Positions 28,201 to 39,225 of a DNA stretch of 64,000 bases are shown here, in pieces (the first letter of the stretch is position 1; every line of letters starts with the position of its first letter). Below the pieces are notes generated by a model. The model saw only the letters and a program-made list of their open reading frames with translations. It had not been told where the DNA came from and did not search any database. A program made the position numbers and the translations under genes. Source of the stretch: Antedon mediterranea. Taxonomy: Eukaryota; Animalia; Echinodermata. The stretch is from positions 16,774,912 through 16,838,911 of the forward strand of contig NC_092675.1 in NCBI RefSeq assembly GCF_964355755.1, in the 5' to 3' direction.

Positions 28201-31200
28201 TCTTGTTGACTTGGGTAGACCATCTTGTTTTTTATTGTCGATCCTTTGAACTGGGATTGCCACCTCTCTGGACGACAGCGACTATCTCACTTGTTAAATA
28301 CTTTGGATGTGGCATAAAGAAAAAGGATGAAACTGAAATTTGTTATTATTTTATAAAGGGAAGAAAGATGGGCAAACTAAGTTGGTTAAAGTTGGGGATA
28401 ATGTTGAAGCATACTCTTGGAGTCAATCAGAATGCAAATGGACCAAGATAGGGGATGTAGTGGGCTCCAACGACGGCAAGCAAACAGCAGGTCAAAAGGT
28501 CATGTATGAAGGAAAAGTAAGTTACTTATTTTGGTTTTTTCAATACATTCTGAATTCTTGTATATGTAGCACTCTTTATATAAAATGACACAGACTGTTG
28601 TTAAATTCTCTCAAGGCATTTAATTATTAGGAGTTGACACCTTAGTGGTTACAGCCCAGGTCTATAGTCTACATTAGTTAAGTATGGAAAACCACATGAA
28701 TTTCAGGAGAGTGAGTGACCTGCTACATATACAAACAACTTTGAAAATATCAATTGATTGTTTGTTTCCTTTCCAGGAGTATGATTATGTGTTTTCAGTT
28801 GATATTGAAGAAGGTCGACCAGAGTTGAAGCTACCTTACAATGTAGCGGATGACCCGTGGCATGTAGCTCAACAGTTTATACACCAGCATGAACTTAGTC
28901 AAGCTTACTTAGAACAAGTCGCTAACTTTATTATCTCAAATACTGCTGGTATAACACTAGGATCGGCTGCACCAACTTATTCAGATCCATTCACAGGTTA
29001 ATAAAGCTTTTTCAAATACTAGTATAGTGAGTGAATGGCAGAGCGGTTAATACAGTGGTTCCGTAATCCATATTATTATTTTTTTTTTTTTATATGATTT
29101 TTCAAGTCTTTGGGAGAATTGACTGTATTATGATACTGAAACACCAGCAAGACTGAACCATTATTTATTTGATTTTGCCTTGTTCAGGAGGAGGACGATA
29201 TGTACCTGGAGGAGGAGCAGGTGTTCAGCAACCAACAGCTGGTGGAGACCCATTCACAGGTGGCTCTAGACACATACCTGCATCGTCTGTGCCTATGGAA
29301 ACTACATCAGCACCTCATAGAAATATATACTTCCCCAAAACAAGCTACATCACGTTTGACACTGCAAATTTGCAACAGATAATTGGTAGGAATTATTTTG
29401 TGTTGCTTAGAGGCATTTCACTCAATCAATAGAGATTTATTCACCATAAATTTAAAGCCAAGTAATTTAAATGACTTATTATTTAGGTGAGATTGCCAGA
29501 CACAGAAAGAAGTGACATTTGTTATTTTGATTCATTCTTTTTTGGAATTTTTTTATTTTGGTTGTAAGTCGTATTACGTGATTTATCAGACTTTGTAACC
29601 CAGATTGTGGCAATTTTAGAAACTTATATATAGCGCTTGTCTGATTATTGTACTATCTACTTTTTCCAAGTACGCTCACTTGCACTGATGAAGGGCTAAT
29701 GTTGCACGAAAGCTCTGCTAATTTTTCTGGCTGTTTTACTTTATTGTTTTGATTTAGCTTTTTGCTAAAGAAAGAGTAGCAGAGCTTTCGGGCAACACTA
29801 GCCCTTCATCAGGGCAAGTGAAATTACTTAGACCAAGTAGATAGTATTAAGCAGACAAGCTGCCTGAGTGGACTGGAATAAAGCAATAAAAACAAAGGAA
29901 GCACAAGTTGGTGAATAGAGGGTGGAGAGAGTAGGAGAAAACAAAAAAGCTTGGTATTTTACTTTATCGTTTTGATTTAGCTTTTCGGTTTTTTTTTTTT
30001 GTATCTCCATTGAGATCCAGCAACTGATACCCACAGCATTGTCATTTTTTCAGTAATTTGCCTTTGGATTTTTTTTATTATGATACTGTTTGAGGTATGT
30101 AGTATAGTTTCAATCATGTGTATGCAAACAAATGCAGTAGGCTATTTCAAAGGATGCTGCTCAATTCACCAAACAAAAGGATCTTCAATTTCTGGAGTTA
30201 CTCTTGAAATATGTGTATAAATTAATAATTTTAATTGTTGTATCAAGATTTTTAGGACTATCTTTACTGTAAACAATACATAGCTTTCGGGGTTTTGAAT
30301 AAGAAGATATGTCTTGTTCTTAATTACTGTATACATCTGCCTCTTTTACAGGAAAACTGACAGAGTTAAATGAGAGTATAGCAAATGAATATAAATTGGA
30401 ACAATCAGATATATCACAGTTAAAATTAATGGTAGAAAAGCTAGATGATGCCAACTCATCTCCAACTTTAGACCAGGTGAAAATACTACAAAAGGCTCTT
30501 AAATGGCCTCAAGGTAATTTATTTTGTTTAGGTACATTGCCAATTATCAAGAATGCTTTCACTGTCTGTGAATAGGTGTTTTGATGGTGAATAGGTGCCT
30601 TTGAGGGTGAATAGATATTTTTGATGGTGAATAGGTGTCTTCGGTGGTGAAGAGGTGTTTTTGAGGGTAAATAGGTGTCTTTGAGAGGGAATAGGTGTCT
30701 TCGGTGGTGAAGAGGTGTCTTTGAGAGGGAATAGGTGTCTTTGAGGATAAATAGGTGTCTTTGAGGGTGAATAGGTGTCTTTGAGGGTGAATATGTGTCT
30801 TTTAGGGTGAAAATGTGTCTTTTAGGGTGAAAAGGTGTCTTTGAGAGTGAAAAGTTCCAACATTCATCCAACATCCAACAGTGGCCTACAATGGTTTGGC
30901 CATTCTTTTATAAATAGCAAGACGTATCAAGAATTGAAATTACAAGAGTAAAACCAGTATCAGTACAAATGCCTACAAACCAGGAGTGTGTTGTGATAGC
31001 TTCCATCCCTGATCCAATTTCTAAATTTGTCATAGTAGAAGAATATAACATATTTAGTTTATAAACATGCACAGGTGTTGTTCAACAAATTCTTGCTTTT
31101 GGTATTAATTAAATTTAATTATTTTATTGTATTATTTTATTTCCAGATCAAGTTTTCCCAGTCCTAGACATTCTACGGTTGTGCATCCGTAACCAATTTG

Positions 31201-31715
31201 TCAACAAGTGTTTCTGTAATAAACAAGATGGTGCAGCCTTCATCTCTTACATTCAGCAAATTACGTCCATCAGTTGTAAAACAGCTAATAAAATGCTAGT
31301 ATTCAGAACACTATGCAATGCATTCCAATGCGATACTGGTTCTAACTTGCTTAAAAACAGCCGAGAAGAGATCACTACATTACTTATGGACTGTAAAAGT
31401 ATTAAAAATAAGAACTTACAAATAGCATTGTCATCCGTGCTACTGAATTACGCCGTACAACAACACAGTGAGCAGAATGCAGAGGCTAAGTTTGAACTGC
31501 TGTCTGCTGTAGAAACAGTGCTAGAAGTAGAACAAGAAGATGAAGCTAACTTTAGATTAGTGGTTGCTTTAGGTACATTAACACATAACGATCACGATTC
31601 AAAGTCACTTGCTAAGTCTTTAGAAATTGCTCAAACTATTAATCGATTACAAAGTAAAACTTCTGTACAAAAATTGATAGATTCTGCTAAGGGTTTATTA
31701 CAAATACTACAATAG
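19243..31715 (+). CDS. PLAA: Phospholipase A2-activating protein (Doa1/Ufd3; WD40-PFU-PUL); exons 19243-19385, 24342-24535, 25534-25755, 26153-26456, 27258-27427, 28359-28516, 28777-28996, 29188-29385, 30352-30513, 31147-31715
   Basis: WD40 repeats ([40 protein letters not shown]), PFU domain ([23 protein letters not shown]), DPFTGG repeats and PUL domain (FPVLDILRL...[13 protein letters not shown]). All junctions are GT-AG and in phase. Confidence 0.96.
19542..23968 (+). mobile_element. Full-length Ty3/Gypsy (Mag-clade) LTR retrotransposon in PLAA intron 1
   Basis: Identical 131-bp LTRs (19542-19672, 23838-23968), GTATT TSD, PBS TGGCGACGAGGATG (matches a tRNA-Ser 3' end), purine tract before the 3' LTR. 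Confidence 0.97.
19691..23668 (+). CDS. Gypsy Gag-Pol polyprotein (two CCHC knuckles, protease, RT, RNase H, integrase)
   Basis: [14 protein letters not shown] and [41 protein letters not shown]...SDNGPQF...NGLAERFV, in a single open frame. Confidence 0.96.
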   Translation: MSMAVIIGKVEEFDSSLEAWDSYTERLDQYFVANKVDDDRKVPALLALIGPKTYTLLKNLCSPEKPATLSYADLITKLTTHLCPKPSEIAERFWFYKREQHSGESIASYIAELRRLAIHCNFGNTLTSTLRDIFVCGLRQENIQKRLLVVHDLKLDDAIKTAVAMETASRDATEFQKTRTPNTTGESNVNKFTTKNYQSKRHQGHKQSKASTHCYRCGNTGHKADRCRHIHTVCNYCSKEGHLEKVCMKKKKDNNVSKPNTGNLKKNVQYVQGEEVNYEPMLYANHKSKVEPIIVVASINGKKIPMELDTGSSVSLIPELTYKKAFQSLPLQKTTIRLKTYSGETIVPIGMLNTKVCLNNHEEIAELLVVPLNGPALFGRDWLKKFKLDWHEIKAIDEAKATTKGLDEILEKHKAVFKDELGKLENIKASIYITENSKPQFHKPRNVPYSMRDKVEKELGRLQNQEIISPVKYSEWAAPIVPVQKKSGQVRICGDFKVTINPVMKVEQYPLPKIEDIFASLAGGQKFTKIDLKQAYLQMEVEDTSKELLTINTHKGLFRYNRLPFGVASAPAIWQRAMDQVLQNVPFTSCILDDMIISGKTTEEHLKNLDTVLERLEKYNLRVNREKCEFFKEDITYCGHVITEKGLQKSPDKIHAVINAPKPDNKQQMRSFLGLINYYRRFLPNLSSIVAPLNELLQNEKTWKWTNSCDEAFKAVKELITSDQVLCHYNPELTVKLACDALPYGLGSVLSHIMPDGKERPIAFASRSLTKAEKGYAQIDKEALGLYWGIQKFHTYLHGRHFTLVTDHKPLVSILHPQKSIPAMTAARLQRYALYLSGHTYDIEYRNTHAHGNADGLSRLPIPTDVIDYVDEASTFYTSQIERLPISSTEIRKETQKDQILSHVLDTVLKGTNKLPDKEAYTPYKRRLTELTCHQGCLMWGNRVLIPDRLRAAILNEIHDGHIGIVKMKNLARSYIWWPNIDCEIEQVCKSCIGCQQTSKMPKSAPVHPWEWPSAPWDRLHIDFAGPFMNSMFLIVVDAHSKWPEVYPMRSTTAQLTIEKLRIMFSQYGIPRQIVSDNGPQFKSEEFTDFMKANGIRHTTSSPYHPRTNGLAERFVQTFKLAIKQARGNSCRSLQQHLSTFLFKYRTTPHTLTKETPAKLLYGRNLRTRLDLLKPDLTATVLKGQDRMKFAKHCGTSIREFQPGQSVMVRDYRNTNQKWIPAQIQGKTGPLSYTVDTGLGTVWRRHADQLHPTMVNVTPTEIFTQDDHVPEILNPTDAPQSDNLTRNVNADTPVTTGSASLTQETAPIRRYPKRNNIRPPKRLDL
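24643..25353. mobile_element. MULE/Foldback-like MITE with ~15-bp modular TIR subrepeats
   Basis: Inverted arrays of CAA(G/C)TCGGCC and a TTTAAGAA target duplication. Confidence 0.8.
27481..27670. mobile_element. Harbinger-like MITE
   Basis: AAGCTCTGTCTACAC...GTGTAGACAGAGCTT TIRs; partial copies near 13940, 31864 and 32073. Confidence 0.7.
27680..28229. repeat. 22-bp minisatellite, about 25 copies
   Basis: (GACTTGGGTAGAGCATCTTGTT)n, near-identical units. Confidence 0.97.
29676..30070. mobile_element. Rearranged Penelope 3' fragments with two inverted hammerhead motifs (29682-29718 +, 29779-29815 -)
   Basis: GCACTGATGAAGGGC...CGAAAGCTCTGC on both strands; the tail ends in GCCTTTGGAT. Confidence 0.8.
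30569..30852. repeat. 20-bp minisatellite, about 14 copies
   Basis: (GAATAGGTGTCTTTGAGGGT)n, degenerate. Confidence 0.92.
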
Positions 31716-31797
31716 AAACCTGGTAATTTGAGGCTAACAATTTTAGTCTATTAATAATTGTATCTGGGTGTCAGATCCATACTGTAATACATCTAAT

Positions 31798-32211
31798 TCC
31801 TTGTTTATTGAAACATTTATAATGGTAAAATTATATTCAACCCTATTGATATTGTTAAATCATAAAGCTCTGTCTACACACTCAAACTTTATGTGACAAA
31901 AAAATGTGATGTGCCCATATATGAACATGATGATGTAATATCGCTACCATAATAAGAAGTATCTATAAAATAACTTGCCCAATTTACACATTGGAATTGA
32001 TTAAACTCCTTGTTTATTGAAACATTTATAATGGTAAAATTATATTCAACCCTATTGATATTGTTAATTCATAAAGCTCTGTCTACACACTCAAACTTTA
32101 TGTGACAAAAAAATGTGATGTGCCCATATATGAACATGATGATGTAATATCGCTACCATAATAAGAAGTATCTATAAAATAAATTGCCCAATTTACACAT
32201 TGGAATTGATT
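31798..32211. repeat. Tandem duplication with a ~209-bp period downstream of the PLAA stop
   Basis: TCCTTGTTTATTGAAAC...GGAATTGATT occurs twice, nearly identical. Confidence 0.9.
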
Positions 32212-34660
32212 GAACAACCCATCAAAGCCTACAAAAGCCCATTTTAAGTACAGTATATGTTTTTCGAGCGTAATCCATTTTAACGGAAACGAAAAAACAA
32301 AAAAAACATAACAAAAATAGGCTTTATCGTAAAAGCTATGACCTGCAATGTTATTGTAGTATTTTCAACTTTTCACGCTGCTGCTCTAGCCCGCTACGTC
32401 ACACGAGATGACTCTTTCATTAGATGAAATCAAGCAGCTTTATAGTACTACACTTTGACATTTTTGTTAAAATGGAAACTCCACTATAATTTATTGGTAC
32501 CACCTGTTGAATCCAAAAACGGCTGAGAAAAGAGTCTAACGACAAATCCCAAAGCATTCTGGTATTTATGAGTCCCATGATATAATTCGCTGTCAGATAA
32601 TCATTGAATTATTATCAAAACAGTCCATTGAAGTTTTTGTTTGTAATAGGATACTTGAAGTATCTAGGCGTGATGAAGTGACCCCCAGACTTGACCTTAG
32701 CAATAACAATAAGCGAGCAGCGTTTTTTGTAAGAAATATTCTTGTTTACTTCTTAAATGTACATTAAGCCAAGCCCATTGGACTTTATTTAAAAGTATGT
32801 ATGTATATGTTTTTTCCCCATAATGCGTACATTGTTTAAAAATATATTTGAATAATGCATTGGAATGGTATGCCATTTTCCTGAAAAAAAAACAATTACC
32901 AAAAATAAATGAATAAAATAAAAATACAGTATAAAAAATATTGGAAATAATTTGTAGTTTATACAGGTACTATGTTAACATTTTCAGCTTTGTTATAAAG
33001 AATTAAATTCAAATAAGGAAACAGTTGTTGTTTTATTGTATAATAAACAGAAACTACCAATTAATTAAAGATACGAAAATAAGCTCAAAACCAACAATAT
33101 TGTTACTCACTTTGCCAAAAAAAATTAAACACTCATATTGATGGTACACATTGTTCAATAATGATCATAATAAAAATTGTGATAATAAATGCAGTAATAA
33201 TGTATTAATCCTTAATAATAGACACTTCTATCTATTATAATTTGAATTGTACAAAAGACGATCTTTGATATGTAAAACACATGGGATGATGCAACTCATT
33301 GAAAACGGTGCGAGTGATGATGACATCGCTTGAAAGGGCAAAATATCGCAATAGTCTGGCAATTGTTGAATGTTTGGTTTTTATAACGACCAGTTGGCGA
33401 AAAAACACGTTGCTGCTGTGTCGTCAGAAGAGGATTGATTGACCATATTCTGGGGCTAATTTCACATTTATTCATTCACAACTTGATATATTCGGTATAT
33501 AAAGTAAGTGATGCTTGAAAAGAATACGGTGATTCTGTAAAATTTGATTTTTTTTTCTAATTACGGTATAAAAACCCAGTACTGTACATATTTATATGAA
33601 AGCTAGCCAGGAGGCCTAGGCCTAGGCCTAGTTAGTAGTAGGCTAGGTTTGGCCCTACCTAGACTAGGCCTTACATCCATTCGTAGAATTGAGGCGGTTC
33701 TGGTTGGTGGAGAGCTGATGGGCTAGGCTTAGCTAGGACGGCATGTTAGCTATTTTGATTTGTAGTTTTTTGAGGATTATATTATTATATTATAATAAAA
33801 CTTCTAGACTAGTAGGCTAGGCCTCTATCTAGGCCTAACAGTAGGCCCTAGTATTATTGTATTAGCCTAGGTATAGGCCTATAGGTTATTATATGCATTA
33901 TCATGCATATAATTTATTTTTTCCTTAGCACTATTTTGTCCGTCAATTATCTTGAGATTAATTTTATCCAGCCACATTTTTTTCATATGTATATTCCTTA
34001 TGGCCAGGAATCGATGTGGTTATGGTTTCACGGTGCGCAATAAAAAATTACGCGATCTACGCGCGATTTAACAAAACCACGCTTGGAACCATATCTTCAC
34101 AAGCATATATCATAGTTAAACCAAATTTGGTAACTAAATTTCTGGTCATATTTCATCATATGGCAATACAATTATGTGCGTAGCGCATATAACGCATGCG
34201 TACGCGCGCTTAACATTTTCAAAATTGTCAAAATTATTTTTCGATGAAATTAGAGTTCGTTTCAGGCAATTTTAATTTAAGTGTTTAAAAAATTGCCATG
34301 AGTGCACAGATTTTTTCATGCACACTGCGCGTTAAACACTAAACTTTATGACCAATTTCTGTTTTACAACCTTTCTTTAATAATTTCATCATATTATTTT
34401 ATTCACTTTTAACTCAAATATTGCGTTATAAAAAAAAGTGACAGGCTACGCACGTGTGACAAAATGGTGAAAATATGCAAAATTTTAAAATTAGTATAGA
34501 TCGTCCAAATGCTTGGGAACACCTATTTTGCATTTCATTTTCTTATAGTATGTACCTCCATATGTATGATTTATTATAAAATTAAGAGAAAAAAAGTTGA
34601 TTAAGTCATGATTAATTGCATATTAAATTTAAAAAAATTATTTTCGACAATCAATCAAAC

Positions 34661-34694
34661 CATAGAGATATTAGTTCACTATAATATCTCTATG
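34661..34694. mobile_element. 34-bp P-superfamily-like remnant or excision footprint
   Basis: CATAGAGATATTA...TAATATCTCTATG flanked by a 7-bp ATCAAAC duplication. Confidence 0.65.
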
Positions 34695-35774
34695 ATCAAA
34701 CTATGACATTTTCTTAGGCCGAAATAACAAACTTAACAGTAACATTCTTCCTAAAGAAGTTCATATATTAAAGTTAAAAGTATATACAGTACTTTGACAA
34801 TGCATCCATTTTTAATATGTTTAAAGATGTCATCATAGTAAAAAATTATAATTCATTGTGGTATGTAAAATTCTATCTGCACCAGTGGTTACTGCATAGT
34901 AAATACACTGAACAGTTGTGTATGGCTCAGTGGTCTGTGCTCGTGTCTATAGCATTCAAGGTCCCGAGATCCTGTCTCACCTTGGGAAATGAAACAAAAA
35001 AAAAGATTTTTTTTTAATTATCCGTATTGCTTGTTCAATTTTATTTCTTAGTGTATAGATTACACATGATTTATAATGAAATCTAGATAAAAAGTAACTT
35101 ATGTCTTTATTATTATTATGCAACAAATGTGGTTTATGACATTATAGGCAGAGGGATCTTTGTATTGATAGGATTGTGATACCGGCTATTTGAGTTAGCA
35201 AGATCCTATCTTCATATATCATCAATAATAAAAATTGTATAATAATATAAAGATTCTTGACAAAATCAATCAATCAATATATCTTTTAAAAATCATTTAT
35301 CTTTATTTAAATCAATTTATCATAGTGATGAATTAAATCTAGTTTATTGTCTGCCTGCTGATGCTGTGGTGGAATTGATAACATTTAGAATTTAGGCCTG
35401 GAGTAAAGTAAAGTAACATTGCATTCCTGTTATCTGTTTAGCCTAGATCAAATTACTGGTCAGTTCAAGTCATGGATAAAGGCTAATTGATAATACAGTA
35501 ACAAATGATGAATACAAATATTGATAATAAAGGGTCTATACATTAAAATATCATTTAGGGACAAGATTGATTTAAATTGTTTTGTATTGCAATGACTGGT
35601 TTTTTTTTTGCTCATTCTGATGAGGAATCCATTCTGATGTTGCATTGATTGTTATTCATTTTATTTGTCTTATATCTTAAATATGGGACATTTTATAGTT
35701 ATTTTTAGACTTACATACACTGGTGTCATTTGTTATTTCATATCTTTTTTGGGATTACAGATTCACAATAGAAA

Positions 35775-36604
35775 ATGGGACGCAGAAGATCCAAGAGAAA
35801 ACCACCAGCAAAGGCAAAGACTCTAGGCCTTGAATCTCAATTCACTTGCCCTTTTTGCAATCACGAAAGAGCATGTGAAGTTAAAATGTAAGAGTAATAG
35901 AATTTAATGTAAAGTGTTAAAGATGTATTTTAACAACGTGAAAAATGAAGATTAATGAATAATTATTTATGTTTTTCAGGGACCGTCAGCGTAATATAGG
36001 AATCATTACTTGTCGAGTTTGTTCAGAAGATTTCCAGACTAGTATAAATTGTATCCTTTGATTAAAAATGATGATGTAAAAATAGCAAAAAATATTAGGT
36101 ACAAAAAGCTAGCTAAAATGCACATCACTGACGAAACAATGATTTTATTTAGCCTAAGCATCATTGATGGTGATAGCCATCAATATTGGATGTTTGGGAG
36201 GTTGATAGAACCTCTGTAATCCTACTTGAGCCAAAATTTAGCCAAAAAAAACAGCAATGTTCGTCAATAGAATTCTTGATAAATTCTTTAAGCTTAGCCA
36301 AACTGATTACTTTGAATCTAAACGCTACCGTTTATTTGTTTATAATTCAATTCACGTATTTAATAGCAAGTTTGTAAGATCTCTTTAGATTCATTGGTGA
36401 TACGCTTTTTTTGTATTTTATTGTCTATTTGCATGTAAATCAAAATGTAAACCAACCAAATTTCATTTGTACCTAGTTGTTAAAATGATAATAAAAAAAT
36501 ATCGTATCGTATGTTCTTCTTTAACTTGTCAAATTGCAGATTTGTCTGAATCAGTTGATGTCTATAGTGATTGGATCGATGCCTGCGAGTCAGCAAATGC
36601 CTAG
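35775..36604 (+). CDS. ELOF1: Transcription elongation factor 1 homolog; exons 35775-35887, 35980-36050, 36540-36604
   Basis: [11 protein letters not shown]...[61 protein letters not shown]. Confidence 0.97.
36051..36539 (+). other. U12-type GT-AG intron in ELOF1
   Basis: 5' GTATCCTTT, branch-like TTCTTTAAC about 14 nt before the AG, no polypyrimidine tract. Confidence 0.9.
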
Positions 36605-37292
36605 CATAGGATATCGTGCCATCCTGTTGATGGCACTGCCCTTAGCGTAGAACTTTGATGTCAACATAGCCTTGTTGTACCAGTTACTGCCTAACATATA
36701 ATGCCGGAACAGTCTTGTCTATGATTGGCAATTTGTAGAATATAAAGTGATGAAGTTTGTAAAATAATATATTGCATCTGATGGCAATAATTATGTATAA
36801 ACAGTATTTTTTTGTTTCCAAGCAGTTGAAGCTGTTTGTATAACTGTTGAAGTGTATGGAGTTATACTTATGAAAATGACAACAGACATGGATAGCCTCA
36901 AGAAATAGCTGTTAAGTGTCGCTAAAATTTTAAATAGAAAGAAATTATCTTGCTTAACTTAAATTGGTTAGCATGACTTTAATTTTGGTTATTACACTTG
37001 AGAAGAAAGAATATTAAATGGAATCAAGGTACAGTAATTATAATCAGTATTTTGAGGCAACAAATTGGTGCTCAATCAAATTACTTTCATTCCATTTCTA
37101 AGTGCCAGCTATTGTGGCCTTGTATTGCTATTTAATATTTTATTACTGGCTCAAGTGAGATTGTATACATATGCTGCAAATGAAGTCTAATAGGTGAGAT
37201 TGCTGTAGTCTGTATTTTACTCCTCTTAGAGTCTTATGTCTAAACTTGTATATAAAAATGGCATCGTTTTTCAATGTGAACACACCTAATCG

Positions 37293-37333
37293 CATAGATG
37301 TATTATAGTATAATAACTATAATAATCTCTATG
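37293..37333. mobile_element. Second P-like footprint (older)
   Basis: CATAGATGTATTATAGT...ACTATAATAATCTCTATG; flanks CTAATCG and CTAGTAG match at 5 of 7. Confidence 0.5.
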
Positions 37334-39169
37334 CTAGTAGTCATCTATATATCATATATGTGTTTGCAATAGGGCACAATAGGCTTAACACACTACAAGT
37401 ACCGATTAATAGATATTATATGGTACGGCACAGAAAACTGAAAAGACCAGTTCGTTTTTAAGTACAGTAGCTCCATTAGCAATGTCTTTGTTTAAGGCAT
37501 TTTTGTCAATGTTACTGGAATAAGGAATTATGTCGGTTTACTGTAAAAGAATTGTGTAATGGAAGCCTGATTTATACAAACTATATGTTTAAGGCTGCCA
37601 CATTTTGTTATATTTTACATAACACACTAAAATAAAATTGGTTGTCAGCACTTCAGAAACCATATAGGCCCAAAATGTCAATTTTTTTAAGAAACCAACT
37701 TGTATTACATTTTAAGAGTTTGGGAATACAGTATGAGAAAATAGTTTTTATCTGAAGATGACTTTGTTTACTACTAAGGAATGTCATCCTTTCCATTTTT
37801 CAACATAGAAAATCTTTGTATAAAAAAGTAGTTATTTTTAAACAAGTGTGTTGAAATTTTATGTACTGTATTATTTGTAATAAAAAATGTTGAAAGCTGT
37901 GTGCTTAGTTTAAGGAGTAAATTAATGATTTATCGTTTGTGTGACTGTACTTAATTTTGACAAAGAATTGTCACTAATTCAAAAATTCAATTTTGGGAAA
38001 AGCTGTGTTTTTGGTTAAATATATATATATTTTTTTTAATATGCCATTTTAATGTTGCATAATTGTTGTTCACTTTGACCAAAAACTGAAATTTAAAGCA
38101 AGACAATAGTTTTTGGTTAAAACGTTGCTTTTTTTGTTATTTTTTTACAGAAGTAAATAACTTTATTAATACTGCAAAATGGCCTATTTCTCTATTTTTC
38201 ATGTTTCTGGGGTATAAAAACCAATCCAGCTTTGGAAAATGGTGGAATACAGAATAACACTTAAAACAAAAGTTTATTTAGAGATTTTTTACCACTTTAT
38301 GTTTGGTATATTAATGTATAACAAATGATTGTTAATAAAAGATGTACAGTACACAAATATTCATGTATTTTATTATCGATTTATAATTACAGTGAAATAC
38401 ATAATGTAATAGTTTGTAGTTTATTTTATACTTATACAGACAGGGATTTCAAGCAATACAAAGAAAAAGAATATTTCTAAAAATGATTATATAATAGCAG
38501 CTAGGTGCTATAGTATATAGTGCATATTGCACTGACTTATCTCAAAATACTATACATTATAAACTGGAATATTATACTTAACATTTTGTTTTCAATTTAA
38601 ATACAGTTTATTTTTGGAAACTAGAATGTCAATGAGTAACATACCCACCCAGAGCAGTTTTCAATTGTCATAGTTTAAAGTACAGGTGAATTTAATAAAG
38701 TTACTGTTGTGCTCAATATATACAAAATACCCTTCATTCAATACTATGAAACTTAAGTATTGCTGGAGTACTTCCATTTTCCAAAGAGTCAACAACACCT
38801 ATTCACTAACAATTACACTTTGGAAATAATTTTAAAATACAATGCGAGTTGTAATTTAAATACAGCCAACTTATTCTTACCTTAAAGGTTTCTTTATTTT
38901 AGCTATTCACACCACATGATTGTAAGACCCCAATTCTCTGTACTGTATCAATTCAAATTCTCTATGTTTAGTTAGGCTTACAGCCTGTGCTTATAGATAC
39001 AGTACAAAAAATAGGCTAGTTAGGAGTGTGAAAGGGGTATTTTACTATTTTGTAAATATTTTCAATTCATAATAACAAAAAATTAAAAGGAATATATTAA
39101 TGGTCCAATTTAATATTTAAAAAAGCAAAAATATTTCAAGCTACTACATTCAAGATGATGGTAAAGGCA

Positions 39170-39194
39170 TTACTGTACACGCACTTGATAATCT

Positions 39195-39225
<31 letters not shown>

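Noticed and set aside
27490-28263. Three long overlapping repetitive ORFs, and a CRISPR-like look
   Set aside because: They are translations of a 22-bp minisatellite. There are no unique spacers and no cas genes, and the locus is a eukaryotic intron.
30509-30874. 121-aa minus-strand ORF, and similar ORFs at 48909-49200
   Set aside because: These are translations of 20-bp minisatellites.
33890-34920. Possible second HINE-like element in the ELOF1 5' intron
   Set aside because: It has a 5' hairpin (TATGCATtatcATGCATA) but no clear 3' subterminal repeat or CTAG end, so boundaries are unsupported.
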